This document shows, piece by piece, positions 11,166 to 24,124 of a stretch of 64,000 nt of DNA. The notes under the pieces were generated by a model, which was not told the origin of the DNA, made no database searches, and worked only from the letters and a program-made list of their open reading frames with translations. The stretch spans positions 1 through 64,000 of the forward strand of contig NIVC01000437.1 in assembly GCA_002269645.1 (NCBI GenBank), in the 5' to 3' direction. Each line of letters begins with the position of its first letter. The stretch's first letter is position 1. Position numbers and translations under genes: made by a program. The stretch comes from Macrostomum lignano. Taxonomy: Eukaryota.

Positions 11166-14100
11166 TTACGCTGGGACACAGCACTCCGTCCACAGTGTGC
11201 AGCGCCTCGAAGCTGGTTGGCCCTCTAACCTGCAGGAGGAGCATTCGCATATAAAACAGATCCCCTGCTCTCGGACTCACCGTGTACATTCGGGCAATGT
11301 TCGTGTTGTGCACAACACCAGGGTGGCCCTCAACTCTCGAACCCTTCTTGGCGCGGCGCCACTCCCTCTCGCTGTGGTGCCACACGAAGTAGGACGGCAC
11401 CTCGGTGTACACCAGGCCTCTAGCGAATTCATCAGTGCGGCACAGCTTGAAGAAAGCCGTCAGCGTCGAATCTCTGGGCGCCCTGGCCTTTGTGCTCGCA
11501 TTTTGCTCGTTGAAATACACGAGCTGCTCGTTAGACTTGTGCACGCACAATCGGATCACAGCCGGAAATCTGTTGTGCACCTGTTGTGTTTTAGTTTAAA
11601 AACCATATCATTATTTTCCCATTCTTTGCTCCTAGCACTGCCTTGCAAACATCTATGACTTACTTCAAAGCCCAAGATGGTATTCACGGCTTCCATTGGG
11701 CCTATGTAGCGCGCCAGCAGATACTCCTTGATCTCATTTCGCCCCTCCTTCTTGGCTTGAGTCGGAGCCTTGCTAGCTGAACCTTCCTGTCGTTCGCCAT
11801 CCGCAGCCTGCTCTCCTGGCCCGCTCGGCTTCTTGTTTGCCTCGAACTTGAACGACGCCATGTCGCCGCCTTTTAGCAAGTACTTGATCACGTACTTGAC
11901 CGACTTGACGGTGGCACAAACTTCAAAGTTCATGTGGCATTCGAAAAGGAGCAGCAGGCCCGGGTTGTATGGTACAACCGACCTGTATTTGTGCCAGGAA
12001 AAGAATTGCTAATTAATGATTTATGTATTCTAGCAATGGTAAATTAAACTTACAGTAAATAAACAATTTAGCAATATAAATAAACTAAACACAAGGCTAA
12101 ACTAAGTACTTTGCTTTCGTATTAAAGAATCAACCTTTCAATCAAGTCTGAAAAAACACCAACACCTCCTCACTCACCTGTTGTCCATGCGAATGCTGCG
12201 GCCTTTGAATAGTTTGTCCACCGTAAATCCGCCCATCTCAGGGGACAGCCTGCGATACAATGGGTAGCCAGTATCGCTGGTTAGGGTCGCCTGCTGGAAC
12301 TCCTTCGGGAAGCCCTTGCTGCACTGGCCGTCCACCATGCACGGGCAGGCTGGATTTACCACGCCGCAGGGGCCATGGATCATGTGAGTCTTCACCAGCT
12401 CGTGCAGCCTCGGCTGCTGCTGTGGGTCCGGGATCTCAGCGGACACGATTTTGTCGTAGCGGTCCGGAGTCACTCTCTGTCCACTGACCAGCCAGAGCAG
12501 AAAGTGCACATGGGGGAGACCTGTGGAAGACATAAACAAGTGATTCAAAGCGACGTATGAGTGATCACAATTTAGTCATGTAAATTAATTAAAATTCTAA
12601 ACCAGCGTTTGCATCGTAGAGAAAGCGGAGTTTGAATCATGGAGAAACTGGAGTTTGAATCATGGCTAAACCAGAGCTTAATTCCGGTTTGCAATGACCC
12701 CTTGCATAAAAATATGGATTGCTAAACCTGGAATGCAATTACAGAATGAAAATTGAAAGCGCAATTTGCTAACTTACCGCGCTTCTGATATTCCAGAGAG
12801 CAAACATGCGCGGCCTCCTTTCCAAAGCGCTTCCTCAGCTCGGCAAGCAGAGCCTTCTTCTTCAGCTCGAAAACACGCGTGACAATATCCGGCCGGTCCT
12901 CAGGTCGCTGTCCAGGCAGCAGCTGTGCACTGATTTCCGGCCACTTAGGGTTGCACGTCGCCGTGACAAACAGGTCCGGCTTGCCAAACTTTTGTACATA
13001 GGTCATGGCGTCTTGCAGCCTCTCCATCAGGTACCTTGGCCCGCCAACGAAGCTGGAGGACAGGAACACGTGCGCAGGCTTGCCAATATCAGTCGGATTT
13101 GTGTCGGTCGACCTGCCATCAGCAGCGAATAGAGCGTCTCGCAGACCGCTGTACGTCTCACTGCGCAGATCGCTCTGATGGGTCCGCAGATAGAGCAGCC
13201 TCTCTGACTCAATCTTGGCGCACATGTCCACCAGGTACTGCTGGAACAGCCGCCGTCCGTGGTGCAGCAGGCTGCTATGGCCCGCTCGCACCATGATTTC
13301 GCTGGCATAGTACTTCATCGGCGTCAGCTTGCGGCCATTGCTCATGCGCAGCTCCGGGTGCCAGCCGTCCTCGCCATGGGGGAACAGCAACACGTACTCC
13401 AGTGCATCATACGATCGGTGCGTTTTGCTAATCCTCTTGTAGCCGCCACCCCGCAGTTGAATGACAACATCTCGGCTAGTTGCTGGCTCATCACCGTCTT
13501 CAGGGGCCTCAGTGTCCTCAGTGTCCTTAACAATGAGGATGCCGACCTCGTTTGCCGTGGGCAAATTGTAGCGCCTGATTTTGAACGGTAGTAACAAATG
13601 CTTTTAACAAAACTCTTTACAACGGTAAACATTCCTGTGTACACAGGCACAAAGCTTTAAAAGACAGGTTTTAAAATGTGTTCGAATCCCTTTTCAGTTA
13701 TTGTTAGCTCACCGAATGTGTTCCCCAGAAGGTCTTCGGTCCGGGTGAATCACGATTCGCGCATCCACAAGCTCCGGATCCTCCATGATCCGCTGTGCTG
13801 CAGCCTTCAGGCTCCGAACGTAAAGGTTGCACTCGTGAAGCAACGTCTGTAGCAGCTCATGTAGCTCTGGCTTCACCCTATCGCTCAGACTCTGCTGGCT
13901 TTCGAGTTCGCGGTCAGTGAAGTACACCTGCCAGCCGCGAGGAACAGCAGACGCTTCAGCAAACAGCGGCATAGCAGTGTGGTGCAGCTGACCGCTGATG
14001 ATGTAGCTGGGATTCCAGCCTGGCACCAACCGCGGCTTGGCACTCAGCGAGGTCAGGTGCAGCACAGAGTTGTAGCTCCGGATGTTGGTCAGGAACTCTG

Positions 14101-15554
14101 AGCTCATGCCATGCCGGCCCATGTACAGGTCAGCCAGCAGCTGTGGCACAGTCCGGGTGGGCAGCTTCACCTTGCCGCCAGCACAGCAGAAATTGCCTGT
14201 CTCCATGCGGAACAGCTTGGCACCGCAATGGTTGCATGCCCAGTCCATTGGCCCGCAGTCATGGGCTGGAGCTTCTGGCCTCGCCATCGTCTCAGGCCTG
14301 ATAATAAAAATGGAATGTATCTCTTAGTAACTGTTAAATGTAAATGTAACTGTTCATTGTGTGTCAGTTTACCTTGCAGTAGCGGGTCCGTCTTCAGCGC
14401 GGCCCGCAGTCTCATGTTCCGCCGGCATCGCGCTGGGGCCCTTGGCCTTTTTGGCCCTCTTGGCAGGAGTTCTGCTTGCTGCCAGGCTTGGGAACTCAGC
14501 ATCTGTAAAGGCTTGCAAAAGCTCTCGAAGTCTCAGTGACTCGTAATGTTCATGGCGCAAAAGCACACGCACAATGGCATTAGGAGGGCGCAAATTAGCC
14601 CTGAAATATTGCATCACACTACCATTGGCCTGGTAAATGACCAGATCCACATCAAAGCAGCGGCTCAACAAAGAGGCAACTTCATCTGAAACATAAATTC
14701 CTGCTTGAAAAGAGGAATTCACGATCTCATCAGCACTCTCAGGTGCAATGAGGCCATCTGCAATCAGCTGTGGCATGAGTTCTGCAACACGGCAAGACAA
14801 GTCCTGCCGCAGGGAGGCTGCGTCAGTTTCCAGCGGGGTTCCACGCAGCTGATCACACACAGCATAAAAAAAGCAATTGCCATCACCAACAATGGGGATT
14901 ACCTGCAACTGCTCAAAGGGTACTATAGTTTCTGTACCTTGCTGCTGGGTGTCCGACCTAAGGGGCAATGGGTGAACGTAAGCACAGCAGCCTTAATTGG
15001 CTTTTTAAGACAATTCATTCCTCAAAAATCGTTATCCGCTTAATTTATACAGAATAAAATAGATACTACAAATTATCCCCTTCAAGGCAATTCAGAAAAA
15101 AACAAAAATAAAGACTTGTTATAAAAAGTTACTATACAACTCACCTAGAAACCACAGCTCCACGGCAACGAATCCGATCGGCTTCCAGTCGGGCAGCCCA
15201 CTCTGCCTCAGTCTCAGCCTCTCTGCGCTGAGCGTCCCGCTGCCGCTGTTCTTCCAGTCGGGCAGCCCACTCTGCCTCAGTCTCAGCATCTCTGCGCTGA
15301 GCATTCCGCTGCCGCTGTTCTTCCAGTCGGGCAGCTCGCTCTGCCTCAGTCTCAGCATGTCTGCGCTGAGCATCCCGCTGCCGCTGTTCTTCCAGTCGGG
15401 CATCCCGCTCTGCCTCAGTCTCAGCATGTCTGCGCTGAGCATCCCGCTGCCGCTGTTCTTCCAGTCGGGCATCCCGCTCTGCCTCGGATTCTGCCTGTCG
15501 CCGTCGCTTGGCATCGCGGCTCTTCTTTAAACTGCTGGCGCCGCGTCGAACCAT
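11131..15554 (-). CDS. Helitron Rep protein, 7 exons, 1162 aa: STPR repeats, OTU protease, zinc finger, Helitron_like_N and HUH/Y2 Rep; no Pif1 helicase. complement(join(11131..11580,11664..11982,12178..12520,12778..13574,13713..14297,14373..14957,15145..15554))
   Basis: Six GT-AG introns have matching phases (2,2,2,1,2,0). Splicing restores Helitron motifs GEHIR|RYNLPTANEV, EYQKRG|LPHVHFLLW, DNR|SVVPYNP, KYVIKYLLKG and ILGFE|VHNRFPAVIRL. OTU motifs are GDGNCFFYA and HEHYESL; the zinc finger is CNHC...CCAGGKV. Confidence 0.93.
15278..15490 (-). repeat. 69-bp coding tandem repeat giving 23-aa STPR-type repeats (4 full plus 1 partial; block spans ~15170-15490)
   Basis: E(S/T)EAE(R/W)xARLEEQRQR(D/N)AQRRxA repeats have the 23-residue period and ExxExRxxRL pattern of the FMBP-1 STPR DNA-binding domain. 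Confidence 0.8.
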
Positions 15555-16029
15555 GATTGAGAAATGAGAAGTGAAATGAAATTAGTTCAGAAAGAATGAT
15601 ATGGTTTGAAAGATGAAAGTTTGTGAATTTGGATGTCTGAAGAATCAGATAAGGTGCCCTTGAGCCAAACTATTACAGGCTATTTATCATCCAGTGGGCT
15701 GAATTGGAGCTTATCTTAAGACGCAGGGTAGAAACTGAAAAATCGATAAAGAAGAAAGGGGTCTAAATCTAAAAAACCTATGATTTGGGGTGTGGGCTCT
15801 CCAGGCCCGTGTGTCCAAATTCCGGGGCAGAGGGCTCACAATGTACACTGGTCTGCGCCAGCCAGTGAAAAAAAACTGTGAATGTAATCTATTTATGACT
15901 GTCTCGCCAGTGGGGTTGATACAGCTATGTACTTTTGACATAGTGAAATTCTTATCAGAGTTACCAGTATCACTGATATCAGTGATATCATCAATATCAG
16001 TGATAATCAGTATCACTTTTAACAAAACT

Positions 16030-16460
16030 GGTTTTGCAATGATTCAAACTCTGGTTTAGCCATGATTCAAACTCTGGTTTAGCCATGATTCAAACTCTGG
16101 TTTAGCCATGAGTCAGACTCTCGTTTAGCCATGATTCAAACTCTGGTTTTGCCATGATTCAAACTTTGGTTTAGCCATGATTCAAACTCTGGTTTAGTCA
16201 TGATTCAAACGATGGTTTAGCCATGACTTAAACTCTGGTTTAGCCATGATTCAAACAATGGTTTAGCCATGATTCAAACACTGGTTTTAGCCATGATTCA
16301 GACTCTGGTTTAGCCATGATTCAGACTCTGGTTTAGCCATGATTCAAACACTGGTTTTAGCCATGATTCAGACTCTGGTTTAGCCATGATTTAAACTCTG
16401 GTTTAGCCATGATTTAAACTCTGGTTTAGTCTGATTCAAGCTCTATTTTTGCAATGATTC
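16030..16460. repeat. 23-bp minisatellite TTTAGCCATGATTCAAACTCTGG, about 18 copies
   Basis: Directly visible tandem array between the Helitron 5' module and the Rep start codon. Confidence 0.95.
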
Positions 16461-16557
16461 AAAGTCAGATAATATTTTATTTACGATCATCTTCTTCATC
16501 TTCTTCTTCATTGATATTTATCTTCAATCACTACTGGCTGAAATTTGACGCAGTGCA

Positions 16558-16620
16558 GAATCGAACCCTAGCCGAGCCTATAACCAATTCCTAGTGCCTA
16601 CACATCGGCTATCGGCTAGT
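16558..16620 (-). other. tRNA-like/Pol III B-box segment inside element 1
   Basis: Minus strand GGTTCGATTC at 16567-16558 matches the B-box GTTCRANNC; the upstream A-box is degenerate. Confidence 0.4.
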
Positions 16621-18259
16621 CTGTTCGCATCTTTCTTGGCTATCTCTTTTCAATTGGAGAACATGAATTGTGGCCCTTATAATTCAATTCTTACAGCAAG
16701 TCAATTGGAGTAAAAAATTATGACATAATCAATTTCTCAGTCAGCCAGAATCAGTCTCAATTTAAGTTGGCAATATGGTTACGCAATTTCATTCAAGTTT
16801 TGTGTGCATTTGTTCGGCACTGTTTTCAACTTGTTGTGATGCAATCTTTATCACAATCGGAATTCAGTCAGTCAGTTTTTTCTCTAGCATTCTTACAATG
16901 CATTTCAGGTCGAAAGAGCCGCTTGACCTTTGCAAAAAATCATGTTTTTCGAATATTTAATCCCTTTAACATTGAGCAATTTCTTAGCCAATATGCATGT
17001 ACCGTCCCGGGAAAATTTCTGATCGAATGGTGCAAGTTTGAAGAAAATCGGTTGAGCCGTTCGGGAGAAAATCAATTACAAGCAAGCAACCAAGCATTTC
17101 ATTTTTAGTATATACTAGCAATCTACGCCCCCCGTTGGGGAGCCAAAGAAATGCAATACACGTTTTTTTAATAAGCTACATGTATCCTTGAAATCTTAAA
17201 AAATCTCCTATCAAACCTTGTAAGCCTTGACATGTCAGTAATTCCCCCCCACAAGCTTTAACATATCAACTTCCCCCCTTGACATCTCAGCCATGCCCCC
17301 AATAAGCCTTGGAAATCTAAAAATATCTGTCAACCTTCTAACCCTAACCCTAACCTAACCCTAAAGCATTGAAATTTCAGTAATTCTCTTTAAGAGTCAT
17401 TATAGCACTACTACAGCATTATAGCGATTCCCTGCAAGCCTCGACATCGTAGGGATTCCCAAATGAATATCTTAACTTCGACATGAAGCTTCTTTTATTT
17501 TTTACATTACGCTTTTTTAATCAGCGATCCCTCCCCTGAGGAGGCATCAAATAATGTAATAAAAAGTTTTCAATAAACTACATGTAGCTTCTGACTTTAG
17601 CCTTGAAATCTCATTTATACCCCCGTGAGCCTTGACATCTCAGCTATTCCCCCCGCAAGCCTTAACATGTCAGCGATGGCGCCCATAAACCTTGAAATCT
17701 GAAAAATCCCCTGCTAACCTTGAAACTCGATAAAATATAACCCTCAACCCACACCTGACCTAAACCTAACTTTAACCCAACATAAAGCCTTGAAATCTCA
17801 GCAATTCTTCTCCCCTAAGCCTTGACATTTTAGTGATTCCTTCTTTAAGAATCACAGCACTATAACGATTTCCACCAAGCTTTGACATCGTAGCAATTCC
17901 CAAATGAATCTTTTAACTTCGACATGACTTTTCTTTTATGTATACATAGTGCTACTTTTATTTTTTACATGACTCTTCTTCTATCAGCGCCTCCCGTGGC
18001 GAGCCAACAAAGAATGCAATAAAAAAAATTGAGTAAAGTACATGAACTTTGAATTAGCTTCTGACTTTTGCTTTGACATCTCAGAAACCCCCCCCCCCCG
18101 TAATCTCAGTTATTCTCTGAGAGCCTTGACGTCTCAGTTTTTCTCCCCAGCACAGCATTATAGCTGCATTTAATTTTTCCATGACACCTTTCATGTCTGA
18201 CATGACGCTTCTTTTATTCTACTATGATGCTTCTTAATTTTTTAAATGACACTTTCATT

Positions 18260-21200
18260 AGTTTTTAAATGACGCTTCTATGATTTTTTCATGACGATTC
18301 TATGATTTTTTACATGACGCTTCTATGATTTTTAGATGACGCTTCGATGATTGTTTACATGACGCTTATATGATTTTTAACATGACGCTTCTATGATTTT
18401 TAAAATGACGCTTCTATGATTGTTTACATGACGCTTCTATTATTTTTTACATGACGCTTCTATGATTTTTAACATGACGCTTCTATGATTGTTTACATGA
18501 CGCTTCTATGATTGTTTACATGACGCTTCTATGATTTTTTAAATGACGCTTCTATGATTTTTATATTACGCTCTTACGATTTTTTACATGACGCTTCTAT
18601 GATTGTTTACACGATGCTTCTATGATTTTTACATGGCGCTTCTATGATTGTTTACATGGCGCTTCTATGATTGTTTATATGACGCTTCTATGATTTTTAA
18701 ATGACGCTTCTACGATTTTTTACATGACGCTTTTATGATGTTTTAGATGACGCTTCTATGATTTTTTACATGACGCTTCTATGATTTTTTACATGACGCT
18801 TCTATGATTGTTTACACGATGCTTCTATGATTTTTTACATGACGCTTCTATGATTTTTTACATGACGCTTCTATGATTTTTACATGACGCTTCTATGATT
18901 TTTACATGACGCTTCTATGATTTTTTACATGACGCTTCTATGATTGTTTACATGACGCTTCTATGATTGTTTACATGACGCTTCTATGATTGTTTACATG
19001 ACGCTTCTATGATTGTTTACATGACGCTTCTATGATTTTTTAAATGACGTTTTTTGATTTTTATATGACGCCTCTATGATTTTTTAAATGACGCTTCTAT
19101 GATTTTTATATTACGCTCTTACGATTTTTTACATGACGCTTCTATGATTGTTTACACGATGCTTCTATGATTTTTTACATGACTCTTCTATGATTTTTAC
19201 ATGACGCTTCCATGATTGTTTACATGACGCTTCTATGATTATTTCATGACGCTTCTACGATTTCTGCAGGACGCTTCAATGATTTTTACATGACACCTCT
19301 ATGATTTTTACATGACGCTTCTATGATTGTTTACATGACGCTTCTATGATTGTTTACATGACGCTTCTATGCTTTTTACATGACGCTTCTATGATTGTTT
19401 ACATGGCGCTTCTATGATTGTTTACATGACGCTTCTATGATTGTTTATATGACGCTTCTATGATTTTTTAAATGACGCTTCTACGATTTTTTACATGACG
19501 CTTTTATGATGTTTTAGATGACGCTTCTATGATTTTTTACATGACGCTTCTATGATTTTTTACATGAAGCTTCTATGATTGTTTACATGACGCTTCTATG
19601 ATTGTTTGCATGACGCTTCTATAATTTTTTACATGACGCTTCCATGATTGTTTACATGACGCTTCTTTGATTTTTTACATGACGCTTCTATGATTGTTTA
19701 CATGACGCTTCTATGATTGTTTACATGACGCTTCTATGATTTTTTAAATGACGCTTCTATGATTTTTATATGACGCTTCTATGATTGTTTACATGACGCT
19801 TCTATGATTGTTTACATGGCGCTTCTATGATTGTTTACATGACGCTTCTATGATTGTTTATATGACGCTTCTATGATTTTTAAATGACGCTTCTACGATT
19901 TTTTACATGACGCTTTTATGATGTTTTAGATGACGCTTCTATGATTTTTTACATGACGCTTCTATGATTTTTTACATGACGCTTCTATGATTGTTTACAC
20001 GACGCTTCTATGATTTTTTACATGACGCTTCTATGATTTTTACATGACGCTTCTATAATTGTTTACATGACGCTTCTATGATTGTTTATATGACGCTTCT
20101 ATGATTTTTTACATGACGCTTCTATGATTTTTTACATGACGCTTCTATGATTGTTTACACGATGCTTTTATGATTTTTACATGACGCTTCTATGATTTTT
20201 TACATGACGCTTCTATGATTTTTTACATGACGCTTCTATGATTTTTACATGACGCTTCTATGATTTTTTATATGACGCTTCTATGATTGTTTATATGACG
20301 CTTCTATGCTTTTTACATGACGCTTCTATGATTTTTTACATGACTCTTCTATGATTGTTTACATGACGCTTCCATGATTGTTTACATGACGCTTCTATGA
20401 TTTTTTACATGACGCTTCTATGATTGTTTACATGACGCTTCTATGATTGTTTACATGACGCTTCTATGATTTTTTAAATGACGTTTTTTTGATTTTTATA
20501 TGACGCCTCTATGATTTTTTAAATGACGCTTCTATGATTTTTATATTACGCTCTTACGATTTTTTACATGACGCTTCTATGATTGTTTACACGATGCTTC
20601 TATGATTTTTTACATGACGCTTCTATGATTTTTACATGACGCTTTAATGATTTTTTCATGACGCTTCTACGATTTTTTACATGAAGCTTCTATGATTGTT
20701 TACATGACGCTTCTATGATTGTTTACATGACGCTTCTATGATTGTTTACATGACGCTTCTATGATTTTTTACATGACACTTCTATGCTTTTTACATGATG
20801 CTTCCACGATTTTTTACATGACACTTCTACGATTTTTACATGACGCTTCTATGATTTCTTACATGACGCTTCCATGATTGTTTACATGACGCTTCTATGA
20901 TTGTTTACATGACGCTTCTATGATTGTTTACATGACGCTTCTATGATTTTTTAAATGACGCTTCTATGATTTTTATATGACGCTTCTACGATTTTTTACA
21001 TGACTCTTTTATGATTTTTTACATGACGCTTCTCTGATTGTTTACATGACGCTTCTATGATTGTTTACACGACGCTTCTATTATTTTTTACATGACGCTT
21101 CTATGATTTTTTACATGACTCTTCTATGATTGTTTACATGACGCTTCTATGATTGTTTACATGAAGCTTCTATGATTGTTTACATGGCGCTTCTATGATT

Positions 21201-22410
21201 GTTTACATGGCGCTTCTATGATTGTTTACATGACGCTTCTATGATTGTTTATATGACGCTTCTATGATTTTTTAAATGACGCTTCTACGATTTTTTACAT
21301 GACGCTTTTATGATGTTTTAGATGACGCTTCTATGATTTTTTACATGACGCTTCTATGATTTTTTACATGACGCTTCTATGATTGTTTACACGATGCTTC
21401 TATGATTTTTTACATGACGCTTTTATGATTTTTTACATGACGCTTCTATGATTTTTTACATGACGCTTCTATGATTTTTTACATGACGCTTCTATGATTG
21501 TTTACATGACGCTTCTATGATTTTTACATGACGCTTCTACGATTTTTTACATGACGCTTCTATGATTTTTTACATGACGCTTCTATGATTGTTTACACGA
21601 TGCTTCTATGATTTTTTACATGACGCTTCTATGATTTTTTACATGACGCTTCTTTGATTTTTTACATGACGCTTCTATGATTATTTCATGACGCTTCTAC
21701 GATTTCTGCAGGACGCTTCAATGATTTTTACATGACACCTCTATGATTTTTACATGACGCTTCTATGATTGTTTACATGACGCTTCTATGATTTTTTACA
21801 TGACGCTTCTATGCTTTTTACATGACGCTTCTATGATTTTTTACATGACGCTACTATGATTTTTACATTACGCTTCTATGATTGTTTACATGACGCTTCC
21901 ATGATTGTTTACATGACGCTTCTATGATTTTTTACATGACGCTTCTATGATTGTTTACATGACGCTTCTATGATTGTTTACATGACGCTTCTATGATTTT
22001 TTAAATGACGTTTTTTTGATTTTTATATGACGCCTCTATGATTTTTTAAATGACGCTTCTATGATTTTTATATTACGCTCTTACGATTTTTACATGACGC
22101 TTCTATGATTGTTTACACGATGCTTCTATGATTTTTTACATGACTCTTCTATGATTTTTACATGACGCTTTAATGATTTTTTCATGACGCTTCTACGATT
22201 TTTTACATGACGCTTCTATGATTGTTTACATGACGCTTCTATGATTGTTTACATGACGCTTCTATGATTGTTTACATGACGCTTCTATGATTTTTTACAT
22301 GACGCTTCTATGCTTTTTACATGATGCTTCCACGATTTTTTACATGACACTTCTATGCTTTTTACATGACGCTTCTATGATTTTTTACATGACGCTTTTA
22401 TGATTTTTTT
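18260..22410. repeat. 22-23-bp minisatellite ACATGACGCTTCTATGATT(G/T)TTT, roughly 180 copies
   Basis: Directly visible; copy number is estimated from length. Variant blocks recur, e.g. GATTTCTGCAGGACGC at ~19260 and ~21700. Confidence 0.97.
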
Positions 22411-22460
22411 AGTTTTCCTGGCGTTAAAAAGCTTTAATTAAAAAAACTCTACTCTCTAAA

Positions 22461-22516
22461 AATTCGAACCATCGTTTCTGCATTTAGCAGTTCAGTCTGT
22501 TTACCTCTAGGCTAGC
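22461..22516 (-). other. tRNA-like segment (A-box plus B-box) inside element 2
   Basis: Minus strand reads AGCTAGCCTAGAGGTAAACAGACTGAACTGCTAAATGCAGAAACGATGGTTCGAATT. Confidence 0.5.
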
Positions 22517-23149
22517 TCTCATCGTTTTGATAACATGAATTCAGCACTTATAATTATAAGTTTCAAAACTCCAAGCATAGAGTAAATCACACGAGGCAGT
22601 TATTACATAATCAATTTCTCAGTCAGTCAGTATCAGTTAACAATATTGTTGCGCAATCTAAATAAAGTCTGGTGCTACGCTTCCACACTGCATTTTCAAT
22701 ACTGTGACGCAATTCAAGTCGGAGTTACAATTCAGTTATGATGTAATCTATTTCAGAATCAGAATTCAACCAGTCAGTTTTTTCTCTAGCATTCTTACAA
22801 TGCATTTCAAGTCGAAAAGTTTGCTTGACCTTTGCAAAAAAGCATGTTTTTCGAATATTTAATCGCTTTAACATGGAGCAATTTCTTAGCCAAGATGCAT
22901 GTACCGTCACGGGAAAATTTCTGATCGAACAGTGCAAGTCTCATGAAAATCGGTTAAGCCATTTTTTCTCTAATCGATTACAAGCAAGCAAGATTTTCAT
23001 TTTTAGTATATGGGACTAGCAATCTTCGCCCCCCGATGGGGGACATCTGGATAGAATCTCTGTTTTCTACAAGTAACAAAAAGACAGCCAAAAATCCTTC
23101 AAAAAGACAACAGACAAACTGCTCAAATGAAGTGCATTGCAAAAAGAAA

Positions 23150-24040
23150 TCATCCCAAGACTGCAAGCATCCCCCAGATAGCAAGCATCCCCAGATAGCA
23201 AGCATCCCCCAGATAGCAAGCATCCCCCAGATTGCAAGCATCCCCCAGATAGCAAGCATCCCCCAGATAGCAAGCATCCCCCCAGATAGCAAGCATCCAC
23301 CCAGATAGCAAGCATCCCCCAGATAGCAAGCATCCCCCAGATAGCAAGCATCCCCCAGATAGCAAGCATCCCCCAGATAGCAAGCATCCCCCAGATAGCA
23401 AGCATCCCCCAGATAGCAAGCATCCCCCAGATAGCAAGCATCCCCCAGATAGCAAGCATCCCCAAGATAGCAAGCATCCCCCAGATAGCAAGCATCCCCC
23501 AGATAGCAAGCATCCCCAAGATAGCAAGCATCCCTCAGATAGCAAGCATCCCCCAGATAGCAAGCATCCCCAAGATAGCAAGCATCCCCAAGATAGCAAG
23601 CATCCCCCAGATTGCAAGCACCCCCAGATAGCAAGCATTCCTCAGATAGCAAGCATCCCCCAGATAGCAAGCATCCCCCAGATAGCAAGCATCCCCAAGA
23701 TAGCAAGCATCCCCCAGATAGCAAGCATCCCCCAGATAGCAAGCATCCCCCAGATAGCAAGCATCCCCCAGATAGCAAGCATCCCCAAGATAGCAAGCAT
23801 CCCAAGATAGCAAGCATCCCCAAGATAGCAAGCATCCCCAGATTGCAAGCATCCCCCAGATAGCAAGCATCCCCCAGATAGCAAGCATCCCTCAGATAGC
23901 AAGCATCCCCCAGATAGCAAGCATCCCCCAGATAGCAAGCATCCCCCAGATAGCAAGCATCCCCAAGATAGATAGCATCCCCCAGATAGCAAGCATCCCC
24001 AAGATAGATAGCATCCCCAAATAGCAAGCATCCACCAGAC
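23150..24040. repeat. 18-bp minisatellite CCCCCAGATAGCAAGCAT, about 49 copies
   Basis: Directly visible; it explains the GDACYL and GGCLLS periodic ORFs. Confidence 0.97.
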
Positions 24041-24124
24041 AATAAGTAGCTAGTGCGACAATTTCCTTAGCATTATAGCGGCTCCTTTAAAATTCGCTTA
24101 CTTTTACGTTTGAAATTGTGTATC

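Larger units (their letters stand above)
10288..17114 (-). mobile_element. Helitron element 1 (family A), derived from an autonomous element, helicase deleted; left (3') boundary unresolved
   Basis: The 5' end TATATACTAAAAATG is at 17114 (minus). The 5' module (~16630-17114) is shared with elements 2 and 3. It contains the Rep gene. 10288-11160 is homologous to 17205-17240 plus 17670-18600 of element 2. Confidence 0.85.
17115..23015 (-). mobile_element. Non-autonomous Helitron element 2 (family A)
   Basis: 5' TC at 23015 (TCCCATATACTAAAAATG). 3' end has hairpin CCCC-AAC-GGGG followed by CTAG at 17118-17115. It shares the 5' module with elements 1 and 3. Confidence 0.88.

Noticed and set aside
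22978-24042. 354-aa GDACYL/GGCLLS repeat ORF and its overlapping ORFs
   Set aside because: By-product of an 18-bp minisatellite with frame-shifting indels between units.
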